Notes: generated by a model not told the origin, from the sequence alone. 64,000 nucleotides of DNA from Pavona decussata (GCA_977016875.1 CDRNST010000031.1:186001-250000); one strand, 5' to 3'. Positions 12,375 to 25,806 are shown, counted from the first letter of the stretch. Made by a program: numbers and translations.

Positions 12375-13931
12375 ATGAGTTCCAAGGTAACATGTTTCTG
12401 TGTTTCTTTAATTTTCAGTTACGTTACGTTTACATACAGATGCTTAAGTATATATTTTCCTTGATATAAACTTACCTTTTTGAAGGCCTTCAGCAAGTAA
12501 GAAACTTACCTGATTATATATTCCATCGTTACCTTAACAGCGGGAAAACAATTTCCCCTTTATACCAAAACATAGTGACAAATAGCATAGAATGAAATTT
12601 ATTATTTCTTGTGAGGGTAAAAATTCATATTTTCACTGATCATTAACACATAATCTGACCATGTATGTCTGGTACCCAATGCGATTATGAAGTAAAAAAC
12701 AAACATGAATTGTATCAAACAATCACAAAATTGGTTCTCAGCAACAGTTCCAATTCATCTCTTCGAAAACTGTTTATTTTTCACATTTATTTTCTCGTTC
12801 AGTTTTTGTTTAAATTTAACGAAAGTAAAACTCGCTTAAAAGGGAGAATTAATGGAACTGCTTACAAAAATTTGACTGGTTGTTTACAAACCGCTAAACC
12901 GCAAATATTGTCTTTCTCTTTGGCAGGAAACCACTGAAATGAGTTTTTTGAAAATTAAAGCAGTGCGTCTGGATTGTAAAGAACACTCTCGGCAAGCCGA
13001 CGAGAATGGTAACCTTGCCAACCAGGAGGATTTCTCTTGTTTCACAGATGATGGGAACGAAAGTAGAGAGCAGCAAAGAAAACTTAAACTATTGAGCGGC
13101 GAAAAGTTTTGGCGGGTTCCAAAGCAAGTTCAATTGCACGTCGAAAACAAGCCAACGAATATGTCGCCAAAAGCAACGAGTTCGAAAACAAGTTTACCTT
13201 CTTTTCCTAAGCTAGTAAGGTCATTAAAGAAAGATGACAACAAGATAGATTTCGGGGAAAATGGAACACAAACGGAGAAAAGGCGTTCAAGTTCGGCGCC
13301 GGGAAGTTCTAGATCTTACCCGCAAGCTAGAATAAGGAAACACAAAATTCGACTTCCGAATATCCCTGATCTGCGATCGTTGTCAATAATTGAAAAGCAG
13401 CCTATGAAGAGTTTTGTGGTGGAAGGAAAAAAGCTTGGATCGGCAGGTGATCTTAGTGAATTTTCTTCTCCAGATTCAAACGATAACGACAATGGTTTTA
13501 CAAACAGCGAGTCAAAAGTTATCGATGAAAATCCCAGCAAAACCCAAACAAAGAAAATGATAAGCGCAGAAAACACTAATGGCAAGAACGAATACGGGAA
13601 GGAACGTTGCTATGGAGACGCATGCGAAGACTTGTGTCCGTCAATCAGGAAAACTGAATTTCGTGTGAAGACAGCTTACGCTAACTCCAGCAGAAAGTTT
13701 AACACTTACCTGCAATCAAGATTCGGAAAAAGCGTTTATGAAGGCATCCACAAAAAGATAGGCACGGACCCAGGTAAAAAATATCAAGTTTATTGGGCAC
13801 CTGTGCTGATAAACAAGAAGGTCCTATATAACCGCTCTGATGCTGCGGTTAGAACGCAGGAAAACTGCGAAGATGCACGCCCAACCAAAGAGGGAAAAGT
13901 TAACTATGGAAGGGTGAAAGCCTCAGCGTGA
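12375..13931 (+). CDS. Uncharacterised basic low-complexity protein (cluster gene 1), about 334 aa
   Basis: 330-aa ORF at 12939-13931. A 12-nt micro-exon ATGAGTTCCAAG|gtaaca (12375-12386) splices in frame to the acceptor tttggcag|GAA at 12927, giving MSSK-ETTEMSFLK. Motifs RSSSAP and IRLPNI. Confidence 0.7.
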
Positions 13932-14249
13932 ATTTTGCAGACGTTTCACGCATTAGGACCGTTTAAACGAGCGAAATAAGTCAAGAGCTTATCTTAAATG
14001 TAATCATTTGAAACAGACCATTAATATATCATGTTCATAAAAAGTGTTTATTGATCATTTCCACTGGCACTGAACTGAAAATAAACAAGGGTGGATTAAC
14101 GTGAGAGCAAACGTGGAACAAACTCAGCGGTTCCGCTCTTACCAAATTGTTTCCCTAACCTGTTTAGGATCCAGGCATTCTTTCAAGAAATGTTCGCTAA
14201 AAGGCATCTTTACCTTAAGAAAAATGAAATGTTCTGCATGTGGCGAGGA

Positions 14250-14350
14250 CGGAAAAATTTCTTAGTCCCCAGCGGGAATCGAAACCATGACCTTTCGACC
14301 CACTGAGCTACAGGAAGACTCGTGGAGGATCATCAGGTTCGATTCCTTTC
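14250..14350. repeat. tRNA-related SINE fragments
   Basis: GGGAATCGAAACCATGACC and CACTGAGCTAC are reverse B-box/A-box-like; GGTTCGATTCC is a forward B-box. Truncated. Confidence 0.45.
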
Positions 14351-15955
14351 GAAGATTCTTATCCTATTTACTGTTTATTTCTTGTCTGTTGCAAAATATC
14401 ATCGTCGGTATTCATTGAATGACGATTTCATCTCTTTAATGCTTGTAAGTCTGTTTCTTTTTTTTTTATTTTGTAAGTTCTCAGAATTCCTGTATCATTA
14501 CTGACTGTTTAAACAATATATCGTTAATGATTTAATAAACGCATCCACTCTCTTACTAAAAGGCGCCCAGCATCTTTGCCACTCCTCCGCCCCCCAACAC
14601 TAGGTTCGGTCCTGTCTCTCCTAAACATCTTGTATCTAGTAAATGCCCTTGATAAAATACAGTCACATCAAGTATATCGAAAAAATGGAAGGTTTACATG
14701 TAGTACGCTTACCACAAACCTGCTCCATATAGAAGGGAAAGATACAAATTGTAAGGTAGAATTTATTTAGAGGACGTATTCAATAAACAAATGCTACAGG
14801 ATTGTTTGTTTCTTTCTCTTGCATAACGCTCGAAGAAACGGAATAGGAACCTTTTTCTACTAAATGCTCTTTATTTCATAAACGCCCCCTTTACAACAAA
14901 AATATTTAATTAAACAATCGGGTTACCATTCAAGTTATTTTACAGTAAACAAGTAAAGTAAACGTTGTTATGATTCACAATTTAATGACCTTAATATATT
15001 CAGCCTGGTCAATATCAGGGAGACCACATGAAAGGATAGTAGGACGTAGGAAATTGGAGCAAATGTTATTAGGGGGATTTTTCAGCCAATTTATCCCCCC
15101 TTTCCCCCCCCCCCCTCCCCCGCTCATGGGGATCGTCGAAATTTAAAAAGGAGTATGTAAGGGATGTAGAAACTTTTCAAAATTTATCACTGCCTCGTGG
15201 ATTATTTCATGGCAGCGATTTTCAGCCTTCATGGCTCTTATCCAAGAGTCTGGATAGGGGAGCTGGAATCTCAGTTATCATTTTAATTTTCGGCCATTTC
15301 TCACCCATCAGGTAAAACCTAAGCCACTTCTCTCCTATCAGCTAATTTATGGGTTCCTGTTCTCAGGTTTTGATTTAAAAACCCAGTATGGTATTTCTCA
15401 GCTTAGCCGAGCACTAACCAAAGTTTTAATTGATCTGTTAAACCCCTTCAGTACCAGCTTCTGTCAATTTTATACCAGCTTACAAACTGATATGTTCAGA
15501 AATACAAAGTTTGTCATCGAAATGCCTCCCCAGGAATAGGCTTTATTTACTCCGGCTGCCCTGATGCTATTGTATCAATGATTTACAGGCATGTTTTATT
15601 TCAGTGAGTACTTAATTCTGTTTTATACATCACACCCTAGAAAAAACGGTAACTAATATAAACATACTGTCTGACGTTCATAAAATGTATATGTCGCCTA
15701 AACTCACACAAATGTTGATCTTTTTGATCGTTCAATATAGCAATTACCCTCAAAAGCGTTTTTTGTTGTTTTTTCTAATGTTGTTGTCCAGATGTTTTTA
15801 ACCCATTAGTGTCGAGGGATAATTTGCCATTTTAATCAGGCCAGCTTTGAAAATTTCTGAAGAATTCGAGAAATTGGCTGAGAAATGTCTTTTTACCAAG
15901 TTGGCGGTTGGATTCACAAACTTTCTTCTCACATACTTAACCTGATGAACGATTT

Positions 15956-16747
15956 TCACGGTAACACCGCGCCAGAACTTGCCGCCCTCAAACGAAATCG
16001 CGTTTCAGCAAGGCTAATGGACGACTTGCACTTCTCCTTTTTGTAGAGTTCTTGCCTTCCAACCATCAAAGAGGTGTGAATGTTCCACGAGTCCTGTTTG
16101 GCGGGAATTGAGCGTGAAGGCTCTGATGCACGGCGCATGGTTTCCCGCCACAAATCTTGTCTATATATTGGTGGAAGTTGCTGCGAGCGAGCGGCGTTTT
16201 CCCGGCAACTATAATCGTCGTCTTCTTGAACACGAAGAGGAAAAACCTGTAAAATCTCGTCAACCTTGTTGTCTGGAGAGCTCTCTCTACGAGAAACAAG
16301 GTCCTTCTCAGAATCGTCAAAATCTGAGCTAGGAGGCCTCCTTCCATTGTAAGTTTCTTGAAGCGTTGGTTTCCCTGATGAGCGCGGAATCCAGTATTGT
16401 GATGTTGAATCGCGGCAAAAATCTCGTGGGAATTCCAATCCTTTTTCGTCCGGCTTAAAAGGCACAAGCCTTGAAACAGGAACACAAAGAGAAACTCGCG
16501 GCTTTCTTAGCTCTTCTTGCTTTTTTAGTGTTTCTTCGAGGACTTGTTTTGGTTTCTTTCGTGTTTTTTGTAAAACATTTTTCTCCTCTGTCGAGGTGTC
16601 ATCGCTTGAACCTTCATTGTCAGCTGCAGCAGCCGGCAAATCGTCGATGTTGATATTTCGTTCCTTCACTTCTCTGATGGCGTCTTCATAAAGTTTTTGC
16701 GTTCTTTTCTCGCTCCGGGAAGGCTTAGGCTTCCTTCTCCTACCCAT
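15956..16747 (-). CDS. Uncharacterised basic protein (cluster gene 2), 263 aa
   Basis: Single ORF starting at ATG, with a putative 5'UTR intron at 16759-16932 (cag|gtaagt ... cctag|). Motifs QLPPIY, RRASEP, RRESSP. Confidence 0.72.
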   Translation of the reverse strand: MGRRRKPKPSRSEKRTQKLYEDAIREVKERNINIDDLPAAAADNEGSSDDTSTEEKNVLQKTRKKPKQVLEETLKKQEELRKPRVSLCVPVSRLVPFKPDEKGLEFPRDFCRDSTSQYWIPRSSGKPTLQETYNGRRPPSSDFDDSEKDLVSRRESSPDNKVDEILQVFPLRVQEDDDYSCRENAARSQQLPPIYRQDLWRETMRRASEPSRSIPAKQDSWNIHTSLMVGRQELYKKEKCKSSISLAETRFRLRAASSGAVLP

Positions 16748-17156
16748 GCTTAAAATTCCTAGGTTAAGAGAATAATAATTTTATAACGAAAATAAACAAC
16801 GCTTCTTCTGCAATTATATTAGACATTTTTTTCAAATAATCGACCATAATGCACTCCTGTGCAAAGACAGCCCAAGGGCATATAAATAATTCAGATATGA
16901 TAAAAGATATTTTTACTAATAGTTAAACTTACCTGCCTCGTGAAAATGATACGATAACAAATCTTTCGTCTAAATACGACCACGTTTTGTTTAAATTTCC
17001 ACTGTTTTTCAATTGTATCTTTCTTAAACAAAACTCAGAAAGCCTATTTGGCGCAAGCAGGTGTTGGAAGTTGACAGTAATAGAAAATATGATTGAACAG
17101 ACAGCGCATGCGCTCTGTTCAGGTTATTTCCGAAGAGCCGGTTTGGTGAAGGTATT

Positions 17157-17164
17157 TGACGTCA
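17157..17164. promoter_or_regulatory. CRE palindrome TGACGTCA upstream of cluster gene 2
   Basis: Perfect 8-mer about 225 bp upstream of the putative first-exon donor. Confidence 0.35.
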
Positions 17165-19381
17165 CTTTTCATTGTGAAACGCAACAGGACATTGCAAGAC
17201 AAATAAGCTGTTCAAGTCTTTGTTTTGGGGAAATTTATTGTGTTGCAATAATCGAAAAATCTCTTACCAATGCAAAGCAGTTGTCTAAAATGAAAACAAA
17301 GCAACGTAATGGTATAGGCATGACTATTTCTGTTTTTGAATGTATTATTGTTGTCAAAACACTGGGGGAAAAATTTCATTCTAAGTAGCTAGAGCCCGGA
17401 AACCAACGTTTCTATTCTAGAATACGATTTATTAGCGATAAAAATGCTTTCTGTAGGCAAAATTAGAGTGAAGGTACGTGGGATTTAGAGAAGAAAAAGG
17501 CCGACTACAATAATGAAATAAAAATAAGCACAGACTGATATGTTATCTCGAATAGGTGTTTTAGAAGCGCACTTTTTTAAGGACGATATGTTGTTTAATT
17601 CTAGTGTCATGTTCGAATAATGTGGTATTTTTCGGTAGTCGAAAAAGCATTCTTCTCTTTCCTGTGAACTAGATGCGAAAGCATTCAGTCAGTCCGAAAT
17701 TGTGAAAATTTCAGTTGCCGTTTTTCTAAAGGAAGCCTTATGTATATATTTATTAAGTCACAATAAGCATTTCTAAGGAACTTAATTAAGGTATACCGAG
17801 CCGTATATCAGCGAGTAACGAGCAGGATGGCCTTGATAAAAAGGAATATTCCCCAACACCGTTTAACATTTCATAATACAATTATATAACTTTAAATTTC
17901 CTTTTTCGAAGGTGATAGTCAAAAGAAAACAAAATTATATTCCTAATTTTCGTTAATTCGTGGGGAGTTTCTCGAATAATAAAAACAATCAAAGCGATCA
18001 TAAAAGAAAGGAAATCAGTTAAAAATAACTCAAGATGGAAGAATATTGAATAAGATATTAATCCGACTATCAAAGGTGTTTAGTTGGTACGAGTTAATTA
18101 AGGACAATCTGCTAAAACCTATTTTACTTAAAAGAAAAAAGCAGAAAACTTATTTGCAGAAAATTGCTTAACTGTTGATTGTAATTTCGAGTGCAAGAGC
18201 GGAAGTTGTTGAGTTTGAGACTGATAAGTCTCTTCATATTGGCCCTGGTGGAAAAACCAAGCGAAATTCTGAGGGGGGGGGGGAGGGAAGCCTATTATTG
18301 ACTATCATCCCATCCAGGGAAGTAATTGATAAACCTTGTCACTTCACCTGGGAGAAAACCTCAGTCCAGCGCACGCGCGGTGCGATTTGAAAGAAAACAA
18401 GAAAATGGCGGGAAAGACGGAGAGGGAATTATGGACGACGATTCGGGTACAATTAATTGATACAATTTTAAATAAAATACTTAGCCACAACAAGTTCAAC
18501 TGAAAGGCTCAGTTTTAAGGACCATGGACCAGAGTAGAACGTATTTTAAAAATAAGTTCACTCATGACTGAGTTGAGTGCTGGACCCAGAACACGAAAAA
18601 CCCAACCATGATTTACGAGCGTTTTTAGAGATTTTGATGACACCTTATTTGCAAGTCATGGTACGTAATTTACAAAGAAAATCTCAAAATTGATAGTTCA
18701 GTAAAATAACCTTTAATTGGACCAAGATGAACACCAATCTCAAGGATCCATTGGGGGGGGGGGGGGGGGGGGAGGAAGATTGAAATAAATCGAAGCAATT
18801 TCAAAAAAGGTTTTAAAATTTGTTGCGAGGTCACAAAATAGTTCGTTGCGCGGAGGAACAATAAGAATCATTTAATCATATCTTTTCGGATTCTCGGTTA
18901 GTTCTTACAGAACCTGATACAATTTCAGATGTATGAAATATGTTTTCAATCTTGAAAGTACTCGGCTAATTTGATAGTACCTTCAAGACTACACACGCAG
19001 ATGGAATTAATCGTCCCAATTTAACTCAGCATTATGTCCTCGCCACCTACAAGCACAGCATTATACTTTTTCGCCCTTAATTGAAAACCAGTTCTTAGAA
19101 AGGCTTAACAAAATATCGCTTTCAAATTACAGACATTCAAAGTTTAGGAAATTGCTGTTTGCAAAACGACACATTGGCGGACAACAATAAAGAAAAAATA
19201 AATGAACGGAACTACCAAATGTATATAATTGTAAATATGTTGTCAGTTTTCATCCTTACTTTGAAAGAAATGAAATGATGCGTTGAGTACAGGAAATCCG
19301 TGAAATAAGCTCGCAATAAACCGAAGATAATTACGCAAAATATTTATATTGCCGGGATCAAAGTATTAAGTAATTTATGTA

Positions 19382-19393
19382 GTCCTTGGCAAC
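19382..19393. promoter_or_regulatory. RFX X-box-like site
   Basis: GTCCTTGGCAAC, upstream of a putative 5'UTR exon (intron 19520-19789) of the 19879 gene. Confidence 0.45.
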
Positions 19394-19878
19394 GTGAATT
19401 TCATCATGAATATTTGGTCTGCAAAATTGGTTTAGCTCTTGTTGACTGCGTTCGTGAATGTTTGTAATTCACATGTTCGCAAGATAAACAACAGTTTTAA
19501 AACAGCAAGTCTACAGGGAGTATGTTATTAAAGTTTTATTTGTTTTTCCAGCCCTGAACACGTTAAGCATAAACTACAGTTTGTTTTCCGCCAATAATAA
19601 CATTTTGTTTTCGGGTTATGTTGATAGTTCGCTAATTAAAAACTGTTAAAATTATTACCATAACTCAAAAGACAGACATCAACACCACAAAAAAGCTTCA
19701 TTCTTAGAGAAAAATTCATTGGTCGCCAAACAGTGTTAATTCATTCTGACCGACCTAGAGCTGTTACTAAACTGTTTTCTTGTTAATAGGTGCATTGTTT
19801 TCGCTAAGATTTTGAACAATAGCTTCTAAACGAAAGTATATTAATCCCTCCCGCGAAGACATAAGTGTATTAAGAAAT

Positions 19879-20823
19879 ATGGCAATACAGACCAGACGAA
19901 ATGTTACTGCAATGCAGTTAGACAAAGCAGAAGGTTCCTTTTTTCCGCTTATTCCTCACGTTACACCAATTTGGCCGCCGGATAAGCGCATCGAAAAGAT
20001 GAAGCCGAGAAGATCTACGTATTGGAGGCTTGTCCGCAACAAAATGATCGTCCTGAGATTTCTTCAAAGCATAAATCCGACAATTACAGATTTGTTTCCT
20101 AAAGTGCTGGATGAAGAGGAAAGCGGGAGCAATATTGTTACTCTGACGAAGAACTTTCGAGAAGAGCAAAGGAAAAAATACGAACGCGTTTACGAGATTC
20201 AGATGGAAGCATATCTTAGGGAAGAAAAGAAAAAAAGCATTTGGGAAAAGGTTCGAGACTGTGAATGTGCTACTCATGAATGGAGAACGACGAGAGAGAG
20301 TCTGGCGACTAGGAAGAGAAATTCAACAAACGTAACAGACAGAACTCGAGCGACTGCGAAAATTGATCTTTTGGGCGAACACGACATTCAAACTGCTAAC
20401 AGCAACGAGAACGATACATCATCGAAGACACAGCAAAAGAAATACAAGGCTCAGACATTCAGAAGCCTGAAGGAAGATTTTGGTCTTCCAGTAAAAACTG
20501 ACGAGATTTATTTGCCTCAGATATATGGAAGGAGAAAGGGGGCGAAACGACCAATGAACGACCCTCGCTTTCAAAGGCTGTTAGATGCACTCATTCCTCC
20601 CCAAGACAAAAAAGAAGAAGATTTTGGGACTAGCACGGATAAAAGTCGCAACAAGACCACTGCAGAGATGGAAACTGTTTCAAGAGGCAGATTAAATGGA
20701 AGGAGTTTGCACGAAAAATGGAAGGAAACCACCGCACCGATGAATATTCGCAAGAATTCAATGCCCAACAGTAAACAGACTAAGTTTACTCGGCCAATAG
20801 GTGGGCTGGGGCACTCGATTTAA
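19879..20823 (+). CDS. Uncharacterised DPRF-motif protein (cluster gene 3), 314 aa
   Basis: Long ORF with aatATGG start. Motifs VTPIW, YWRLVRNKMIVLRFL, YLPQI, NDPRFQRLLDALIP, RKNSMP. Confidence 0.82.
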   Translation: MAIQTRRNVTAMQLDKAEGSFFPLIPHVTPIWPPDKRIEKMKPRRSTYWRLVRNKMIVLRFLQSINPTITDLFPKVLDEEESGSNIVTLTKNFREEQRKKYERVYEIQMEAYLREEKKKSIWEKVRDCECATHEWRTTRESLATRKRNSTNVTDRTRATAKIDLLGEHDIQTANSNENDTSSKTQQKKYKAQTFRSLKEDFGLPVKTDEIYLPQIYGRRKGAKRPMNDPRFQRLLDALIPPQDKKEEDFGTSTDKSRNKTTAEMETVSRGRLNGRSLHEKWKETTAPMNIRKNSMPNSKQTKFTRPIGGLGHSI

Positions 20824-23800
20824 AACCTGTCAAGATTGACAAAAAATAACACCAGTAACAAATGGATGTAAACAATGTACCCAGGAAAAATGTTAATTAA
20901 GGGAAAGACATTTTAAACATGTTGTCAGACTGTTTCAACTGGGCAACAAACATGGTAATTGAAAAAGCGCTGTGGAGAAGAGCGGATTAGAATTTCCAAG
21001 GATTTCTCTCTTCTGCACCAGATCTCTTTGAGTTGGCGTAGCACAAAGAAAAGCTGAACTAACTTATTTCTGACAAACGTAGGTTAGAACCAGGAGTTAC
21101 TCTAAAGTCAAGTAAAACCTGAAGTTTTTTATTATAGCTTTTATCGTTTGTCGCGTAATGTGAGTCACTTTGACATGGGACTCTTAGCTTGCTGTCTGTC
21201 ATTCCTAGGTGATGGAGTCGAATGAGTGCGCTAAAAAGAGGTTTATAGTTGATTGTCAAAAATGACTCGCACTTGTTCTGGTTTTTCTTCATTACGCATT
21301 GTGATTGGTAAAAATAAAACTCGCGCTATCAGCTTTCTCAACCATTCAGAGCTTAAGACTGTACAAATCAACAGTGTTGCCAGTTTTTTCAACAATTAAG
21401 AAGTAAAGACATAGAGTTGCTCACAAATGTTTTCCCGCACTTGACGCTATTTCTCACAATTTCATTTCTGATTGGCTCACTCTATCGTTTTTGTCTGCTT
21501 CGAGCAGCTAGAGTGATTGTTTATGAATGTACAACACTCAACGCTGGGAGCACTCTGTATCGCAGCTGCTTTTTAGTGATTGGTTCATTTCTGTTCTCGA
21601 TGTGGTTAATGATGCTAGGAGAATTTCATCTTTCCTCATTGTTCTCACTAGAAACCGCTTGACTGTGTGCGTAACACTATCAAACTGATCCTTTTGCGGA
21701 CAGAGAACAGTCATTTTCTTGTTTATCAGTGTTAAATTTTTTGAGAGGACATTTTATTCAATCGTACATGACCTGATTGGTTATTACATTTTTTTGACTA
21801 CCCGGATGTGACCACATGTCTTTAATTTTTCACTCAGTTTTGGTCAGTTTTGTTATCTCTGAGAGTCTTCGTTGCAATTGTTAAGTGTTTATCGTCTAAA
21901 AATTTGGTGTTTGGTTTAGCCTGAATAGATGCAGTGCACAATCTTGGTTTCCAGGGGCGACAGGATGATCATTTATAACCTAACTTACAAACTTAAAACA
22001 GGTAATATCTTACCACATTTACTTCAGATTTCTAACACCGGAGAGGGGAAGGGCATTATAACTCCGAGAGTGTTAGAGTTATGACCATGAAACATGGAGG
22101 ATGGATAGCACGTCTAAAGATGTTTACTGTGACGTCGCAAAGAGACGTGATACCGTCATATGACGTAAGAATGTGGTCACGAGTTCCAAACGGCGGCCAT
22201 CTTGGATTCGCCTTGTGTTGGATTTCTCGATTTTGACCCAGAACTTCAGAAAACCTCTAAAGTTGAACAAAAAGTAATTAAAACCCATACAAGAACACTA
22301 AATTGATATAAAAAAATGAACGTTACTGTAAGAAAATTTCGAAAATCTGTAACTAAAAACACCTATTTTATAGTTCAAGAAAACTATAGTATAGCAATTT
22401 TAAACAAAGCAGTAGAATTCAATTTGCAATCCATTTTAATTCTCTATGTCCAGAGCCAGAAACAACTGTATAAAACTTTAAAAAAATTCGAATAATTTTA
22501 ACTGACTGGACCATTTGGAGAGTTTCCTTTAATTACAAATGAATATGACTTTTAGCTTGTTAAAGTAATACGAAGAAAAAGTGACTGACAAACCCTGTTT
22601 AACAAAAACAACTTGAAAGAGGCAAATCAAGGGTGGTCAGCAGTGTATCACGCTCTGACAAGCTGAACAAGGATCTCACGCAATATGTTTGGATTCGCGA
22701 TATTTGCTATGTTCTTGTCTAAATGCAAGCCTTTTAATTTTTGTTTGTTTGTTTTTAATTTGTTGCTGTTTTTAATTTGTGTACGTGTATTTGTTCACGG
22801 TTATTCGTTTTAACCTATCACAAAGCAGCATTTTAAGCTTACCCTTGTTTTAAATTTTAGGACAGTTTGTTTTCACTTACTTAGCTTTTCTGGCGCCAAT
22901 AAATGTTATTAGGCAATCTTAATAAAATACCAGCCGTTCGTTCAGCCTTACATCCTTCAAGTTGTTTTATTTAGTCCATTGCTGATCCTTATCTTGACGA
23001 AGATCCAGCTACAAGTTTCTCCTATTTGTAGAAGTGGTCCATGCTAACTTCCATTAAAGATGCTACAACCAGTGACAATATGTTGTTATACTTTGGCCTT
23101 GATAGCGTCTCCCTCCCTTTCCCACCATTCAATATTGTTTAGAAACCGTTACACGCGCCCTAAAAGATGTATTTTTCCTTGTGCTATCCAACATTGCACC
23201 AGGGGAAAAGGGGCGAGTGGTCGAACAAATTATGACATTCGTTGTAGCTAGTCGCCATTTTATATGAAGTGTATTGGTTTTTGTCTCTTTGCGCCGAAGA
23301 TCATCAACTGTTCTCTTCTGAAAGACTTGCCTGGAAGAGAAAACTTACATTTTTTTGTGAAAAAGGATGTTTTTGGAACACGTCATCTCTCCACCCTCCC
23401 CGCCCCCGGTCGCCCACAAAAGAAAATAAAAAGTTATTAGAAACCGCCCTAATGATGTAAACCCATTTAACATGACCAGACATTAAAATATTCGTGTCGG
23501 AAGTTTTGCTTACAACAAGTCATTACAAAGGTTATACATGTGAATGTTAATTACGTACTAGCTGTTCATAATAAATTTAAGGTGTACATTGTTAAGATTA
23601 ATTATTTTCGTCAGTTAATATTTTAGCCAGTTTCCTCCTCACGAATGCTGATTGTAAAATAAAATCTTCAACTGTGAAAATTGAAATCAACGCACTGTAA
23701 ACTGGGTAATATTTTTTTCCTTAAGGTCTCGGTAACGGAAGTTAAATGGTTTGAAGGAAACTTGACACAGTTTCGTGCGTTCCCAAGTAGAACAGACCAG

Positions 23801-23908
23801 TATTTAAGTAATTAAATCGACTTTTAAAAGTTTGCATTTAAACGGTACAATAATGACGTTTACAAAGAGGGATTACTGAACAACGAAAATAAGGATGAGA
23901 GGGATTTG

Positions 23909-23916
23909 TGACGTCA
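23909..23916. promoter_or_regulatory. CRE palindrome TGACGTCA upstream of cluster gene 4
   Basis: Perfect 8-mer about 115 bp upstream of ATG 24030. Confidence 0.4.
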
Positions 23917-24029
23917 TTTGACCATCTGCAGTGCACGTACGCAAGTCAATAAAAGGCCGTACTGCATATCCAGTTATAATCAGCGTTTGATGGAGTTTGA
24001 AAGCTAAGTTGCGTAATCAGTCCTTTAAT

Positions 24030-24749
24030 ATGGCTGAGTTACCAGATTTGAAACCCGTAGTGAGTATTACACCCATTTGGAGAAGGAGAAAGAAGAGAAT
24101 AACATCGTTTAAACAAGCGGCCCTGATGGTTGTCCACTTAATGCGGCTTGGTGCACACACACGTTTGTCAAGTCTTACTGTTGAAACTATGGCGGAGCAA
24201 CTAAAAGAACTCGCTAACGAAGATCAGGAGAAGGAGGAACGGATAAGGAAGGTACAGCGCCTGGCCAAGATTAAAAAGAAAGAAAATGTTGAGCTTGAAG
24301 AATGGAAGCAACACTACTTGAAGATATACAGGGAAAAGTTTCATCGTCTCACGCTGTTCGAGAAAATGAATCGGTACAATGGAAATCACTGGATGGAAAA
24401 AACCACAAACAATGCAACTTTAATGCCTTTTGGTATTGAAAACACAAAACTCGCAATTGGGAGTCCTACGTTTATGATGAACCAAAAACTTGTCACTGAA
24501 CGCAAAGCAATCACACCAGCGCCGAGATCTTGGCTGGCTGAAGATTGCGTGCTGAAACGATCCGATGAAATTGTTCGTAGGATAGCTGTGGTGCCTCATC
24601 AAGCGGACGGAAGACTTAACAGTGGCCATCAACTGACGAATGGTTCAACAAAGGACATTAAAAAGAACCTCCAAGTCACTTCGCTTGGCGGAAAACATGA
24701 TCCAAGATTTCAAAAACTATTACGCTCACTAACACCCATTGGATCCTAG
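24030..24749 (+). CDS. Uncharacterised DPRF-motif protein (cluster gene 4), 239 aa
   Basis: The first ATG is at 24030 (the track start at 23997 is TTG). Motifs LPDL, ITPIW, FKQAALMVVHLMRL, HDPRFQKLLRSLTPI. Confidence 0.82.
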   Translation: MAELPDLKPVVSITPIWRRRKKRITSFKQAALMVVHLMRLGAHTRLSSLTVETMAEQLKELANEDQEKEERIRKVQRLAKIKKKENVELEEWKQHYLKIYREKFHRLTLFEKMNRYNGNHWMEKTTNNATLMPFGIENTKLAIGSPTFMMNQKLVTERKAITPAPRSWLAEDCVLKRSDEIVRRIAVVPHQADGRLNSGHQLTNGSTKDIKKNLQVTSLGGKHDPRFQKLLRSLTPIGS

Positions 24750-25064
24750 AGACTGTTGTACCTTTCACCATGCGCGACTAGCTGCTTAAGTTAGACTTTA
24801 AAAAAAAGCTTACATCAAGGAAAAATGAACGAGGAAACTGCAGCACTCTATATAAACAGAAGAAAGCGCAAACACCTTGCACGAGGAACGATTTTATTGT
24901 AATGTGCTAGATTGAGAGCGAAGCTGAGCCAATTTCACTGTAAAATGATAAACGGACCTACACCGCCGGCGTAACTTGTACTAGCATTGCACCTTTACAT
25001 ACATTACGATAAACAAAGAGAATCTTTCATGGAAAGATATTTTCAGAAAACCTGTCTGTGATAC

Positions 25065-25152
25065 TGCACGTGCGCGTACAGTAGCGCGTAAACCAACGCG
25101 GGCGGGTACAGTAGCGCGTACACCAACACGTGCGGGTACAGTGGCGCGGACT
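25065..25152. repeat. 30-bp minisatellite, about 3 units
   Basis: Variants of the unit CACGTGCGGGTACAGTAGCGCGTACACCAA. Confidence 0.75.
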
Positions 25153-25623
25153 GGTGAAGTGGTCCAGGCGCATAAAACCCGTACTCGGTAATATCATCAC
25201 CAACAATCTGTACATACATGACTAACAAAAGCAGTTCATTAAATAAGCACAATATTCAGTCTAAGCTTCAATTGATAGAGTGGGCTCTTACAAAAGGTTA
25301 AAAGCATTTAACACCTATTATCAACATGCAAATTTTCTTCACTGATTTGTACATATCCTTATCGTGCGCGTTAGAAGAATTGGTTTGAGACATTTCATTT
25401 TTGGTGATCATTTCCTTTATTCTCATGACCTAAATGTTTAATCAAACAGTGATATTGTAAGGAGAAATAACATACTTATCACTGCTTGAGTTTATTGAAG
25501 GGATAAAGCATAAAGATATGTCCCAGGGATGCGTCTCGGGTTTTTTTTCTCTCCTTTTTTTTCTTTTTCTGTTGGGGGAGTGCCTTCCATTTCTTATTTC
25601 AGAAAATAGCCATTTTCAGACCT

Positions 25624-25806
25624 GGTCCCAGTTGTTCAAAGGACGGATAACTTGATCAGTCCACTGGACTAGTCGCCATCCAGCTGATAAAATGTATTGG
25701 TTTGAGCAAGAGAGGATTCATCCTCTCTTGGTTCGAGTAAATTTTATCCCTTGGAGAAAGATTTATCCACTAGATAAAGTTATCCGCTCTTTGAACAACC
25801 GAGGCC
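25624..25806. mobile_element. MITE with imperfect TIRs
   Basis: GGTCCCAGTTGTTCAAAGGACGGATAAC ... GTTATCCGCTCTTTGAACAACCGAGGCC. A related partial copy lies at about 55147-55230. Confidence 0.7.

Noticed and set aside
15095-18775. Poly-C/poly-G runs as G-quadruplex elements
   Set aside because: Simple homopolymers scattered through the window, often within repeats, with no supporting context.
25027-25252. Short ORFs with YALLYP repeats
   Set aside because: Products of a 30-bp minisatellite.
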